A stretch of DNA of 64,000 bases, taken from Alphaproteobacteria bacterium. GTDB taxonomy: Bacteria; Pseudomonadota; Alphaproteobacteria; CAAGCB01; CAG-977. This document shows, in pieces, positions 1 through 9,886 of this stretch; position 1 is the first letter of the stretch; each line of letters opens with the position of its first letter. Under the pieces are notes generated by a model. That model was not told where the DNA came from and searched no databases. It worked only from the letters and a program-made list of their open reading frames with translations. The position numbers and the translations under genes are program-made. The stretch lies in the NCBI GenBank assembly GCA_024407875.1, contig JAKSVT010000007.1, positions 1,392 through 65,391 of the forward strand, in the 5' to 3' direction.

Positions 1-144
1 TGAAGATATAGCTTTCCCTGCTAATTTAACCAACATGATTACTGTAATACAGAAAGCAACAGCAACCCAAAACGTAGGATCTTCAAAAAATGATTCCTCA
101 TGATGTGCAGCAGCTTCTGCAGCGTGAGCAATAGAAATTATCAT
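1..144 (-). CDS. atpF: ATP synthase F0 subunit b, N-terminal part only; gene continues beyond window start
   Basis: Minus-strand ATG at 142-144 overlaps the upstream stop (ATGA). Translation MIISIAHAAEAAAHHEESFFEDPTFWVAVAFCITVIMLVKLAGK has the His/Ala-rich N-terminus plus TM helix typical of b subunits. Sits last in an atpB-atpE-atpF'-atpF order. Confidence 0.55.
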   Translation of the reverse strand, partial: MIISIAHAAEAAAHHEESFFEDPTFWVAVAFCITVIMLVKLAGKAISS

Positions 145-638
145 AAAATATCTCCAGAAATAGACTGTACTTTGTTTGAAATATCTGATTTTTGAATAGA
201 TATATTAGCACATTTCTTTATTAAAAGTTCAGTTAACTCTTCAGTTACTGATGAAACTTCTTTCAAAGCATCATTTTTTAATGATGCCAATTTTTCTTCG
301 TTTTCTTTAATTTGTTTTTCTAATTTTGCATTGAACTCTTCTTGAGCTTTCTTAACGGTTGCGTTAATTTCTTCCTGTGCAGCTTTAACAATTTCTGCAC
401 ATTTTTCATGCTTTTGTTCGTTCGTTGCATCATACTCTTTTTGACAGAGTTCAGCTTCAGACTTTAAGTCTTCAGTTTGCTTTATAAGCTTTTCTAGTTG
501 ATTTTGCCGAGCATCTACAGTTGCTTTCAATAAAGGTAATGCTACTTTCCATACAACAAGAAACATTGCTGTAAAGGTAACTAACATCCAAAATATTTGT
601 GTTGAAAAACACGTTGTATCAAACTGTGGCATCGGCAA
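141..638 (-). CDS. atpF2: ATP synthase F0 subunit b' (165 aa)
   Basis: N-terminal TM helix (FWMLVTFTAMFLVVW) followed by a long charged coiled-coil, sitting between atpE and atpF. This matches the alphaproteobacterial b' subunit. Confidence 0.65.
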   Translation of the reverse strand: MPMPQFDTTCFSTQIFWMLVTFTAMFLVVWKVALPLLKATVDARQNQLEKLIKQTEDLKSEAELCQKEYDATNEQKHEKCAEIVKAAQEEINATVKKAQEEFNAKLEKQIKENEEKLASLKNDALKEVSSVTEELTELLIKKCANISIQKSDISNKVQSISGDIL

Positions 639-661
639 AATCCCTAAAATTTAATTTGTAA

Positions 662-907
662 TTACAATACCAACATCATAATTGCGATAACTAAAGCATA
701 CAAAGCAATAGCTTCTGTTGCAGCGAAGCCGATCAAACCGAAAGCATTAACATCTTTCTTTACGTTTGGATTGCGACCAACTGTTTCAATTAAGGTCATC
801 CAAATCTTGGAAACGCCTTCTGCAGCGGCTTTCATACTTAATGCGCAGATACCACAAGCAAGAAACTTTGCTGCGTCAGCTACATATTTTAATACATCAG
901 CTTCCAT
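662..907 (-). CDS. atpE: ATP synthase F0 subunit c (81 aa)
   Basis: Two-helix hairpin proteolipid with the conserved loop and the GLIGFAATEAIALYALVIAIMML helix. Confidence 0.85.
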   Translation of the reverse strand: MEADVLKYVADAAKFLACGICALSMKAAAEGVSKIWMTLIETVGRNPNVKKDVNAFGLIGFAATEAIALYALVIAIMMLVL

Positions 908-946
908 TTTATTTTCCTTTCCTAAAAGCTAAAGTTATATAAAAAA

Positions 947-1675
947 TCAATGTGCGTGCAATGCATCACTTAAATAAACGCATGTGAGGATAGTATAAAC
1001 ATACGCTTGTAAAAATGCAATTGCCATTTCAAAAATAGTTAAACAAATAATGAATAAAAGAGGAATCCATCCTCCAATAAATCCTAAATCATATATAAAT
1101 CCGGCAATAACCTTTATCATGATATGGCCAACCATCATATTTACTGATAGACGGATGGTTAAGCTTAAAGGTTTGGAACAAAATGATATTACTTCAATTG
1201 GAACTAATATAGGTGCTAAAGCAATTGGTGTGCCTTTTGGAAAGAAGTTTGTAAACCAATTTAATCCTCTTCTTTTTAGACCAGCTACAACTGTAATCAA
1301 AATAGATAAAACAGACATAGAACCAACAGCAGCAAAGTGGCTTGTGTAAGTAAAACTATAAGGTAATAATCCCAAAAGATTGCCCATAGCTACGAATAAG
1401 AAAATTGTCATAATAAAAGGAACAAACTTCATTTCTGAAGGTCCTACCATTTCTGCCATCATTCCCCGTATTAATTCGTAAACCATTTCAGCTACGGATT
1501 GTAATTTTGTTGGATATTTTTGCTTTTTATGTAAAGCAACATAAAAGAAAACTGCTGTTACCAAAACACCTAAACACATAAACAAAGATGAATTAGTGAA
1601 TGAAATATTTACACCATTAACTTGTGGTAAATCTACTATTTCTTTAATCTTGAATTGTAACGTAGGATTGTGCAA
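947..1675 (-). CDS. atpB: ATP synthase F0 subunit a (242 aa)
   Basis: Polytopic membrane protein with the conserved LSLTIRLSVNMMVGH region (essential Arg helix) and a PYSFTYTSH motif. Confidence 0.9.
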   Translation of the reverse strand: MHNPTLQFKIKEIVDLPQVNGVNISFTNSSLFMCLGVLVTAVFFYVALHKKQKYPTKLQSVAEMVYELIRGMMAEMVGPSEMKFVPFIMTIFLFVAMGNLLGLLPYSFTYTSHFAAVGSMSVLSILITVVAGLKRRGLNWFTNFFPKGTPIALAPILVPIEVISFCSKPLSLTIRLSVNMMVGHIMIKVIAGFIYDLGFIGGWIPLLFIICLTIFEMAIAFLQAYVYTILTCVYLSDALHAH

Positions 1676-1680
1676 TTTCT

Positions 1681-2022
1681 TTATTCCTTTTCATTCAATG
1701 AATTATTCTTTTCATAATTGTTAATATAACGGATTGTGTTCAAAACTCCAGCAATACTTCCAATTAATAAAAAAATGCAGATGAAAATAGGTTTAGTTTC
1801 AAATTTATAATCTAGAAAATAACCTATAAGAAATCCGCAAATAATTCCTCCTAATAGTTCAGATACAACATTGAAAGCAATCCACATATACCTTCCAATT
1901 GAAGAACTAGACCTTTGATCAGTATTTTCATCAACGATATTCAAATCTTTTTTTGCTTTTTCCAACCGTTTTGAAATATCATCTAAATCTAACTTTTCTT
2001 TTGAATCACTATTCTTTGTCAT
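1681..2022 (-). CDS. AtpI/AtpZ-like small membrane protein preceding atpB (113 aa)
   Basis: Small two-TM protein immediately upstream of atpB on the same strand. This is the usual position of atpI in alphaproteobacterial F0 operons. Confidence 0.45.
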   Translation of the reverse strand: MTKNSDSKEKLDLDDISKRLEKAKKDLNIVDENTDQRSSSSIGRYMWIAFNVVSELLGGIICGFLIGYFLDYKFETKPIFICIFLLIGSIAGVLNTIRYINNYEKNNSLNEKE

Positions 2023-2065
2023 AATTACTCATAAAAATATTGTTTGTTATACAAAAAGTCAATTA

Positions 2066-2905
2066 TTATTTACTGTTTTCAGCTTGTTGAGTGTCTGAAG
2101 GTTCTTTTTGTGTTTCTTTTTCTTCGGTCTTTGTTGGATCAGGTTCTGGTTCAGGAATATAATTAGGATCAGATAATTTTGCTATAGTTTCTTCTATAGA
2201 TTGAATAGAAGGTAAACCAACTAAGTCTAAAGAATTCTTTCCTACTCTTATTACAACTGTAGGTGTTGCACGAATTTTATATTGCATAATATCTAAATTT
2301 TTAATTCTTTGGATTTCTTGCAATCCTTTTTCATTTGTTGCGCAAGCTTTCATTTCTTCTTCAGATAAACCGGCTAATTTTGCTAATGGAGCTAAAGCTT
2401 CTTGTAAATTTGGAGCTGTTGCCCACTGCATTTGGTTAGCATACAAAGTATCCATAAATGTAAAATAAGCATTATCATCTTTTAAACAATGAGCAACTAA
2501 TGAACCTGTCATAGCACGAATTTCTAAAGGAAAATCTTTCATAACTAATAAAGCTCTACCTGTATCAGCATAATCTTTCTTTAAAATAGGTAACAAGTTT
2601 TTATGCAAATTTACACAGTGAGGACATGTTAAAGATGTAAAAATAAACATTTTTACAGGTGCAGTCTTCAAACCAATTGTTCTTTCTGAAAAATTATAAT
2701 TAGGTTCAATAGATTTAGAATCTTCTACGAGAGCTTTAGGTTCTTGATTATCAGTTGTTCCTGATTTGTTATCTGTTTGTGATAGAATAACACGTTCTTT
2801 AGAGAAAAAACTTTTAATTTTATCAGTAAATGAATTTTCAGCCTTAGCTGATGTTGAAATAAGTATTAAAAATAAAGGTAATATTGTTAATAACTTCTTT
2901 TTCAT
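2066..2905 (-). CDS. DsbA-family thiol:disulfide oxidoreductase, secreted (279 aa)
   Basis: N-terminal signal peptide (LLTILPLFLILISTSAKA). CPHC thioredoxin active site in FTSLTCPHCVNLH context. Pro/Glu-rich low-complexity C-terminal tail. Confidence 0.7.
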   Translation of the reverse strand: MKKKLLTILPLFLILISTSAKAENSFTDKIKSFFSKERVILSQTDNKSGTTDNQEPKALVEDSKSIEPNYNFSERTIGLKTAPVKMFIFTSLTCPHCVNLHKNLLPILKKDYADTGRALLVMKDFPLEIRAMTGSLVAHCLKDDNAYFTFMDTLYANQMQWATAPNLQEALAPLAKLAGLSEEEMKACATNEKGLQEIQRIKNLDIMQYKIRATPTVVIRVGKNSLDLVGLPSIQSIEETIAKLSDPNYIPEPEPDPTKTEEKETQKEPSDTQQAENSK

Positions 2906-2965
2906 GGTTAATACCTCATACGTATAATTTTCTATATTTTTATATCTATTTTGTATTTTCGTAAA

Positions 2966-3493
2966 TTATTTTTTCTTAAATATTGCAATACTGAATTTTA
3001 AAAGGGCATTTTTTAATTCATCTGAAGTATTTTGGGGAATGTTTGCTTCAATTTTTTCAATATCATCGTTAGAAATCTCTTTTTTCTTTTCTTCTATAAT
3101 TTTATTTTTAGGAGAATTTATTGTTCCAATGATAGTTTTTATAGAAGAAATTCGATTCGGATTAATAAAAGAATTTGCTTTTGTTATAATGTTCTGCGAC
3201 AAAGCAATACATTGGGAACTATAAGCGTTAGAACTAACTTTTATGTATAAAATATAATCTTGTGTTAGTTTTGCTTTCTTTTTATTTGCCCAGTCAATGT
3301 CTAACTTTAAAGCTTCTGTGTTTGAAGAAAGTTCTTTCCCTACAATACTATCCCAATTTTTTATAATGTCTTTTAATAAAAAGTCTTTTTTATCTAAAAG
3401 GAAGGAGATAAATCTTCTCGTACAAGCACTTACTCTAACAAGGCCTTTTGTTGTATGTTCTTCTTTTACTTCATATTTTTTTTTATAACTCAT
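2966..3493 (-). CDS. Hypothetical protein, DUF721/DciA-like (175 aa)
   Basis: The W..IVG..L...T..L pattern ([19 protein letters not shown]) resembles the DUF721 family. The 4-nt overlap with tgt suggests co-transcription. Confidence 0.35.
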   Translation of the reverse strand: MSYKKKYEVKEEHTTKGLVRVSACTRRFISFLLDKKDFLLKDIIKNWDSIVGKELSSNTEALKLDIDWANKKKAKLTQDYILYIKVSSNAYSSQCIALSQNIITKANSFINPNRISSIKTIIGTINSPKNKIIEEKKKEISNDDIEKIEANIPQNTSDELKNALLKFSIAIFKKK

Positions 3494-4581
3494 GAAAATG
3501 AACCTTTAGAAAATTCATCAAAATAATCATTTTTGATAGCATCTCTAATGTCTCTCATAAGATCTTGGTAATAAGTTAAATTATGCCATGTTAACAACAT
3601 TGAACCTAAGATTTCTCCGGCTCTAAATAAGTGATGGATATAGGCTCTTGAATAATGTTGGCAAGCAGGACATCTGCATTTATCATCAATAGGACGATCA
3701 TCGCTAATATGACATGCGTTTCTCATGTTTAAAATGCCATTTCTTGTAAAAGCTTGAGCTGTTCTACCTGATCTAGAAGGCATTACACAGTCAAACATAT
3801 CAATTCCGCGTTTTACAGCGCCAACAATGTCAGAAGGTCTTCCAACGCCCATTAAATAACGAGGCTTGTCATTAGGTAAATGAGGAGTTGTAAATGCTAT
3901 AGTTTTAAACATTAATTCTTGACCTTCTCCTACAGCTAATCCTCCTACAGCGTATCCATCGAAACCAATGTTTGTTAAGGCTTCACAAGATTTTATTCTT
4001 AAATCTTCATGTACCCCGCCTTGAACAATGCCAAATATTCCATAACCATCTCTGTCAATAAAAGCATCTTTTGATCTTTTTGCCCAACGCATAGATCTTT
4101 CTGTTGATTTTGCAACATATTCTCTTTCTGCAGGGTAAGGAGGACACTCATCAAAACACATAGTGATATTACTATCTAATTTGTATTGAATATCAACTGA
4201 GATTTCAGGAGAAAGTTTATGTAAACTCCCATCTAGATGAGATCTAAAATCAACACCTTCTTCTGTAATTTTTCTTAAAGAAGCTAAGGACATTACTTGG
4301 AAACCACCAGAATCTGTTAAGATTGGCTTGTTCCAATTCATGAATTTATGTAATCCTCCTAGCTGCTGAACTAAATCAGCACCAGGTCTTAACATTAAAT
4401 GATAAGTATTTCCTAATAAAATTTGAGCACCTGTTTCAGCAACAGATTCAGGCATCATAGCCTTAACTGTACCAATAGTTCCTACAGGCATAAAAGCAGG
4501 AGTTTCAATGTCTCCATGAGCTGTATGTAATATACCTAATCTCGAAGAATTGTATGTTTTTAATACATCATATTTTAGCAT
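3490..4581 (-). CDS. tgt: Queuine tRNA-ribosyltransferase (tRNA-guanine transglycosylase)
   Basis: Conserved [20 protein letters not shown] and [12 protein letters not shown] motifs. C-terminal zinc site [17 protein letters not shown]. Confidence 0.9.
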   Translation of the reverse strand: MLKYDVLKTYNSSRLGILHTAHGDIETPAFMPVGTIGTVKAMMPESVAETGAQILLGNTYHLMLRPGADLVQQLGGLHKFMNWNKPILTDSGGFQVMSLASLRKITEEGVDFRSHLDGSLHKLSPEISVDIQYKLDSNITMCFDECPPYPAEREYVAKSTERSMRWAKRSKDAFIDRDGYGIFGIVQGGVHEDLRIKSCEALTNIGFDGYAVGGLAVGEGQELMFKTIAFTTPHLPNDKPRYLMGVGRPSDIVGAVKRGIDMFDCVMPSRSGRTAQAFTRNGILNMRNACHISDDRPIDDKCRCPACQHYSRAYIHHLFRAGEILGSMLLTWHNLTYYQDLMRDIRDAIKNDYFDEFSKGSFS

Positions 4582-4602
4582 TTCTTTTCTACCGTATTAA
4601 TT

Positions 4603-4941
4603 TTATAAAATGTCAATTTTTCTTATCATTTTTAGTAGTTCATCAAAGTTATTATTCTTGTCTATGGAACTTGTATTATTGTTATTAATTAAATCTCTTA
4701 AAATATCTTCAATCATTTTTGATTCCAAAGATTTTAAAGCTGCTCTTGATGCTCTAATTTGTGTTAAGATATCTACATTATATCTGTCATTTTCTACCAT
4801 ATTTTTTATGCCTTCAATTTGGCCTAAAATACGGTTTAAACTCATTAAAGCTTTGTGCTTTTTGTCGTTATCAATTTGTTTTTGAATTGTATCTTCAGAA
4901 ACAAATAAAGGAAGGGCTTTTTCAGAGTTCATTTTTTTCAT
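4603..4941 (-). CDS. CsoR/RcnR/FrmR-family transcriptional repressor (DUF156), atypical (112 aa)
   Basis: LNRILGQIEGIKNMVENDRYNVDILTQIRASRAAL matches the family signature helix. The canonical Cys/His ligand positions are occupied by Asn/Ile/Leu and the protein contains no Cys. Confidence 0.6.
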   Translation of the reverse strand: MKKMNSEKALPLFVSEDTIQKQIDNDKKHKALMSLNRILGQIEGIKNMVENDRYNVDILTQIRASRAALKSLESKMIEDILRDLINNNNTSSIDKNNNFDELLKMIRKIDIL

Positions 4942-4959
4942 AGCTTTAACTTATACATA

Positions 4960-5991
4960 TTAGTTAGATTGTTGTAATAAATATTCTTCAGAAACAGTTT
5001 GGTCTAATTCTAAGAATTGAATTTCCTTACGAATAGGGGCAACTTTTATTGTTCCGGCTATGCCAGGTTTTGTTTTACCAATAGTTGGGAGTTTCATTAT
5101 TTCAGAAACAGCAATTCCAGGATGAACAAATATAGAATTTACAATTCTTTTTGTTAGCAATTGGTATAGATTTTCTGCGTATAATATAGTAAAGCCTGAA
5201 GTAGAAAGTTCAGCTTTAGTTTCTAATGGACGAAGTAGCTTGCTCCATGCTGAAGCTCCAAAACCACCGAATATAACTACAGGTTCATCTCGTGTTTTTG
5301 CAAAATAAGCCAATTCATTAATGTTATTACTTGCTTGAAAATAATGGTCTTTAGATTTCCAAGGTGAATTTTGTGAAGTAAGAACAATAGATAATTTTCT
5401 TTCTCCAACAATTCTTGATACCCAAATGCCGTTGTTATCACCAATTAAACCACGATTCGTTCCTGGTGTTTTTGACAATATTAATTGCATTTTTCCTTTT
5501 GTATCATAAGTTTGGTTTTGTAAAGCATAATTACCTTTAAAATTGTTGATTTCTCTATAAACGTCTGCAGGAACATTTGTCCACAATACAATATCAGAAT
5601 TATAGCTATCTAAAACTTCTTGTATTTTTATTATATCATGACGAGTTGCTCTTTTAAGGTCTTGGTACATAAATGTAAATGAGAAACTGTCTTCAGGTAG
5701 ATTTTTTGAATTGTTTACAAATTTGTAATGCGATGCAATGACAGTAACATTAATTATCATTACTATTAGATAAACACACATTTCGTAGTAATGTTTTTTT
5801 ATAACACACCAAATGCACATAAAAAAACACAGAACTAAAATTTGTATTTTAAATTCACCAATATGGTCAGCACTAAAATTTATTCCATTAAAAATTAAAC
5901 TGTATAATGTACAAAAGGGGAGCAAAACTAACATGATTAGAGAAAGTATTTTTTCTCTTTCAATAAATTTTCTTTTGGATAAATATCCCAT
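4960..5991 (-). CDS. Membrane-anchored protein, possible endonuclease/exonuclease/phosphatase (EEP) fold (343 aa)
   Basis: Three N-terminal TM helices followed by a soluble domain with a DIVLWTNVP segment resembling the EEP DIVxLQEV motif. Weak call. Confidence 0.3.
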   Translation of the reverse strand: MGYLSKRKFIEREKILSLIMLVLLPFCTLYSLIFNGINFSADHIGEFKIQILVLCFFMCIWCVIKKHYYEMCVYLIVMIINVTVIASHYKFVNNSKNLPEDSFSFTFMYQDLKRATRHDIIKIQEVLDSYNSDIVLWTNVPADVYREINNFKGNYALQNQTYDTKGKMQLILSKTPGTNRGLIGDNNGIWVSRIVGERKLSIVLTSQNSPWKSKDHYFQASNNINELAYFAKTRDEPVVIFGGFGASAWSKLLRPLETKAELSTSGFTILYAENLYQLLTKRIVNSIFVHPGIAVSEIMKLPTIGKTKPGIAGTIKVAPIRKEIQFLELDQTVSEEYLLQQSN

Positions 5992-6291
5992 TTCTTATGT
6001 CCTGTTATATAATAAAAAATACCTTACACGGTATATAACAATAATGATTTATATTTCAATAAAATTTTTGAAATAAATTATGCAAAATATTTTGTTTTAC
6101 AATAGGAATATTCAAGTAAGTTAGAAAATTTATATGCAAAAAAGGTGAGAAAATTCATAAATTTTTTTTCTTTTTATAAAAAAAAGCTGTTTTTTTAGAG
6201 AAATATTAAAAAAAGTGTTTATTTTTATAAACTATGTATTATAAAATCCTTTTTCAATTAGTCATGACAATTTATCTTTAAGGTTTTATAT

Positions 6292-7398
6292 ATGGAAACA
6301 CAGGCTCATCCACTGTTAGAATTAAAAAGTATAACAAAGTTTTTTGGTTCAAATAAAGTAATAGATGATTTAGATTTAAGTGTTTATGATGGTGAGTTTT
6401 TAACTTTACTTGGGCCATCAGGATGTGGAAAAACTACTTTATTAAGGTTAATTGGTGGTTTCGAACGACCTACAGGTGGACGTATATATATGGATGGAAC
6501 TGATATTACTTATACAGCTCCGCATAGAAGACCTGTTAATACTGTTTTTCAACAATATTCTTTATTCCCTCATATGAATGTTTTTGAAAATGTTGCATTT
6601 GGACTAAAAATGAAAAACCTCTCAAAAGATAAAATTGAAGAGGCAGTAAATTCATCTTTAAAAAAAGTTAAAATGGAGCATTTTGCTGATAGAATGCCAA
6701 TGGAATTGTCCTGTGGACAACAACAAAGAGTTTCTATTGCTAGAGCTTTTGTAAACAATCCAAAAATTTTATTATTAGATGAGCCTTTATCTGCATTAGA
6801 TTATAAATTACGTTGTGAAATGCAGTTAGAATTAAAGGAATTACAAAGAGATTTAGGAATTACATTCGTATTTGTAACCCATGATCAAGAAGAAGCTCTT
6901 TGCATGTCTGATAGAGTTGTTGTTTTAAATGAAGGTATGATAGAGCAAATAGGTTCACCAATCCAAATTTATGAAGAGCCAAAGAATTTATTTGTTGCTA
7001 ATTTCGTGGGTGAAATCAATGTTTTTGATGGTATAGTTGCAAGCACAACAGAAAAATATTTTACAGCTCTTGTAGCGGGAATGTCTTGTAAACTTAAAAA
7101 ACCTACAACTTTTGATGTAGAAAAAGGCTCTAAAATAAAAGTTTTATTAAGACCTGAAGATATGGTCATTGAAAAAATTAAAAAGCTTGATGAAGAATCT
7201 TCAAAATTACAAGGTGTAATCTCTCACTTAGTATATAAAGGAAGAACTATAGATTTGTGGATTCGTATGTCAGGTGGAATTATGGTTATGGCAACACAAT
7301 TCTTTAATGAAGATGATCCTGATATTATTTATTCAGTAGGGGATTTTGTTGATGTTTCTTGGATTGATGATTGGGAGGTAGTATTACCTGATGCATAA
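6292..7398 (+). CDS. potA: Spermidine/putrescine ABC transporter ATP-binding protein
   Basis: Walker A LLGPSGCGKTT. ABC signature LSCGQQQRVSIARAF. Walker B ILLLDEPLSALD. C-terminal TOBE-like domain. Confidence 0.85.
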   Translation: METQAHPLLELKSITKFFGSNKVIDDLDLSVYDGEFLTLLGPSGCGKTTLLRLIGGFERPTGGRIYMDGTDITYTAPHRRPVNTVFQQYSLFPHMNVFENVAFGLKMKNLSKDKIEEAVNSSLKKVKMEHFADRMPMELSCGQQQRVSIARAFVNNPKILLLDEPLSALDYKLRCEMQLELKELQRDLGITFVFVTHDQEEALCMSDRVVVLNEGMIEQIGSPIQIYEEPKNLFVANFVGEINVFDGIVASTTEKYFTALVAGMSCKLKKPTTFDVEKGSKIKVLLRPEDMVIEKIKKLDEESSKLQGVISHLVYKGRTIDLWIRMSGGIMVMATQFFNEDDPDIIYSVGDFVDVSWIDDWEVVLPDA

Positions 7399-8272
7399 AG
7401 CCAAGGATAATTTTTGTCGATCAATAATTCTCTATTTCATATTCATTTGGTTCTCTTTAATGATTGTGATGCCAAATATGCTTGTTGTTTTAGCAAGCTT
7501 TTTGACTAAGGATGAAACTTGGTATTTAAGATTACCTTTAAATTTAGATAATTATAGGGCTTTGTTTGATACTAATTTATGGATGTTGATAGCGAAGTCT
7601 ATTGGCTTAGCTTTATGTACGGGGCTAGCTTGTTTGTTAATAGGCTATCCTTTTGCGTATTTGATAGCAAAATTACCAAAAGAAAGACATTCTATATTCT
7701 TAATGCTTATTATGATTCCTTTTTGGACTAATTCTTTAGTTAGAAACTATGCTTTAGTTAGTGTGTTTAGTGATACCGGTTTAATTAATCAATGGCTTTT
7801 AAATTTAGGATTAATAAAAACTCCTATACATATATTGCATACTAATTTTGCTGTATTCTTTGGAATGACATATACATTATTACCATTTATGATTTTGCCT
7901 ATTTATGCAGTATTAGAAAAAATAGATAGATCTTTGGTTGAAGCTGCAAGAGATTTAGGTGCAAATAGTTTTGATGTTTTTAAAAAAATTATTATTCCTC
8001 TAAGCTTTTCAGGAATTGTAGCTGGATTTATTATGGTCTTTTTACCAGCATTAACATTGTTCTATGTTTCTGATATTTTAGGAGGTTCAAAAGTTCTTGT
8101 TTTAGGAAGTGTTATAAGAAATTATTTCCTTCCAGATCAATTAGGCGCTTTAAATGCAAATTGGCCTGTTGGTGCTGCAATTAGTGTGTCTTTGACATTA
8201 TCAATGCTTGTTTTGTTAACAATCTATTTTAAAAGTGGTAATACAGTCGAAGAGGAACAACAACTATGGTAA
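7391..8272 (+). CDS. potB: Spermidine/putrescine ABC transporter permease
   Basis: Six-TM permease with EAA-like loop (EAARDLGANSFDVFKKIIIPL), overlapping potA by a few nt. Confidence 0.8.
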   Translation: MHKAKDNFCRSIILYFIFIWFSLMIVMPNMLVVLASFLTKDETWYLRLPLNLDNYRALFDTNLWMLIAKSIGLALCTGLACLLIGYPFAYLIAKLPKERHSIFLMLIMIPFWTNSLVRNYALVSVFSDTGLINQWLLNLGLIKTPIHILHTNFAVFFGMTYTLLPFMILPIYAVLEKIDRSLVEAARDLGANSFDVFKKIIIPLSFSGIVAGFIMVFLPALTLFYVSDILGGSKVLVLGSVIRNYFLPDQLGALNANWPVGAAISVSLTLSMLVLLTIYFKSGNTVEEEQQLW

Positions 8273-9054
8273 AAAAACTTTTAAAATTATCATATATGTT
8301 ATTCGTAACGGCTGTTTTATACATGCCATTATTGGTTGTTTTAGTTATTTCCTTTAATGAAAAAAGTTTAGATGTTTCAAATTTAGGTCTTAAAGAATTT
8401 CATTTTACACCAAAATGGTACATATCTTTATTCGAAAACAAAGACTTAATTTATTCTGCTTTTAGATCTGTATGCTTAGCTGTTTCTTCTGCTACTATTT
8501 CGACTATAGTAGGAACTGTAATTGCTATTGCTCTTCATAGGTACAGATTTATTGGTCAAAAATTGGTTTATGGATCTTTATCCGTAATTATGATGACACC
8601 AGAAATTATTATTGGTATTTCTCTTGCTATGACCTTTATAATCATTGGTATTAAAATGGGATTTTGGTCATTACTATTAGCTCATACCGTTCTGTGCTTC
8701 CCTTATGTTACAATAACAGTATTATCAAGACTTAGATCTTTTAATAGAAGTCTAGCTGAAGCTGCTGCTGATTTAGGAGCTTCTGATATCGGAATTGCTA
8801 AAAATATATTATTGCCATTAATTATTCCTGCAATGTTCGCAGGTTGGCTTATGAGTTTTACTCTTTCACTAGATGATGTTATTGTTAGTTTCTTTGTTTC
8901 TAGTGATAAATATGAAATTTTACCGATGAAAATTTATTCAATGGTTCAAACAGGAATTCAACCTGATGTAAACGCTTTATGCTCAGTTATGTTCTTTATT
9001 ACGTTTATGGTTGTTGTTAGCGCTTATAGAATGGTTAGAAGTAAGCCTAATTAA
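8266..9054 (+). CDS. potC: Spermidine/putrescine ABC transporter permease
   Basis: Permease with EAA loop (AEAAADLGASDIGIAKNILLPL), overlapping potB. Confidence 0.8.
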   Translation: MVKKLLKLSYMLFVTAVLYMPLLVVLVISFNEKSLDVSNLGLKEFHFTPKWYISLFENKDLIYSAFRSVCLAVSSATISTIVGTVIAIALHRYRFIGQKLVYGSLSVIMMTPEIIIGISLAMTFIIIGIKMGFWSLLLAHTVLCFPYVTITVLSRLRSFNRSLAEAAADLGASDIGIAKNILLPLIIPAMFAGWLMSFTLSLDDVIVSFFVSSDKYEILPMKIYSMVQTGIQPDVNALCSVMFFITFMVVVSAYRMVRSKPN

Positions 9055-9204
9055 GATATTAGATAATTATCCAATTTTAGGCAAAAATATAAATAATCTA
9101 CGTATAAGAAATAATTTAAATATAAGTTTTTAGATAAACTTCCTTTACTTTTTGGCTGTAAGTCATTAAAATATATTCAATAATTTTTGTACAGGGGGCT
9201 ATAT

Positions 9205-9867
9205 ATGAATATATCTAAAGGCTTTTCTTTATTTTACGGAAGTAAAACTCTAGAACACAAAATTGATGAATTCCTAGATCGTATATCTGAAGCTGGCTTG
9301 ATTTATCGTAAAGCTTTAAGTGTTTATATGGATAATGGAGCTAGTGACGACTTCGTTGTTCATGCAGAACAAGTTGGATATATTGAAAGCCGAGCAGATG
9401 AACTTCGTAGAGAAATTGAAACAGGTCTTTATGAACAAAATTTAATTCCTGACTTAAGAGGTGATGTTTTAAGTTTGGTTGAAGATTTAGATGCTATTTT
9501 AAATGCTTATGACGGAAGTGGATATAGATTTTCTATTGAACAACCTGTATTCCCTGCAACATTGCATGTTGATATGGGGGCATTAGTTGAATCTGTTACT
9601 AATTCAGTAGAACAGATAACGATAGCATCAAGAACATTTTTTAGAGATTTTAATTCTTGCAGAGAATATATTCATAAAGTTCGTTTTTATGAAAGTGAAG
9701 CTGATAGAATTACAACAAAAATCAAACGTGCAATTTTCTCATCAGATTTGCCTTTAGCAAACAAAATGCACTTATGTAGTTTCGTTGATATGATTGATAA
9801 TTTGGCTGATATGGCTGAAGATATTACAGATAAATTAGCAATATACGTAATTAAGAGAGATAACTAA
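9205..9867 (+). CDS. DUF47 (PhoU-related) protein paired with the PiT phosphate transporter
   Basis: Helical protein of the DUF47/TIGR00153 type directly upstream of pit. ATG 9205 is preferred over the TTG at 9187 used by the ORF track because of the AGGGGG RBS 6 nt upstream. Confidence 0.6.
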   Translation: MNISKGFSLFYGSKTLEHKIDEFLDRISEAGLIYRKALSVYMDNGASDDFVVHAEQVGYIESRADELRREIETGLYEQNLIPDLRGDVLSLVEDLDAILNAYDGSGYRFSIEQPVFPATLHVDMGALVESVTNSVEQITIASRTFFRDFNSCREYIHKVRFYESEADRITTKIKRAIFSSDLPLANKMHLCSFVDMIDNLADMAEDITDKLAIYVIKRDN

Positions 9868-9886
9868 TTATATCGGAATATAAAAT

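Noticed and set aside
1050-1349. 99-aa plus-strand ORF
   Set aside because: Lies entirely antisense to the well-supported atpB gene. Its composition is an AT-rich mirror artefact.
3032-3488. Several 60-72-aa plus-strand ORFs
   Set aside because: Antisense to the DUF721-like gene. Phe/Ile/Asn-rich low-complexity translations typical of the wrong frame in AT-rich DNA.
6000-6291. Possible small RNA or tRNA in the AT-rich divergent intergenic region
   Set aside because: No GC-rich stem set compatible with a tRNA cloverleaf. Looks like a divergent promoter region only.
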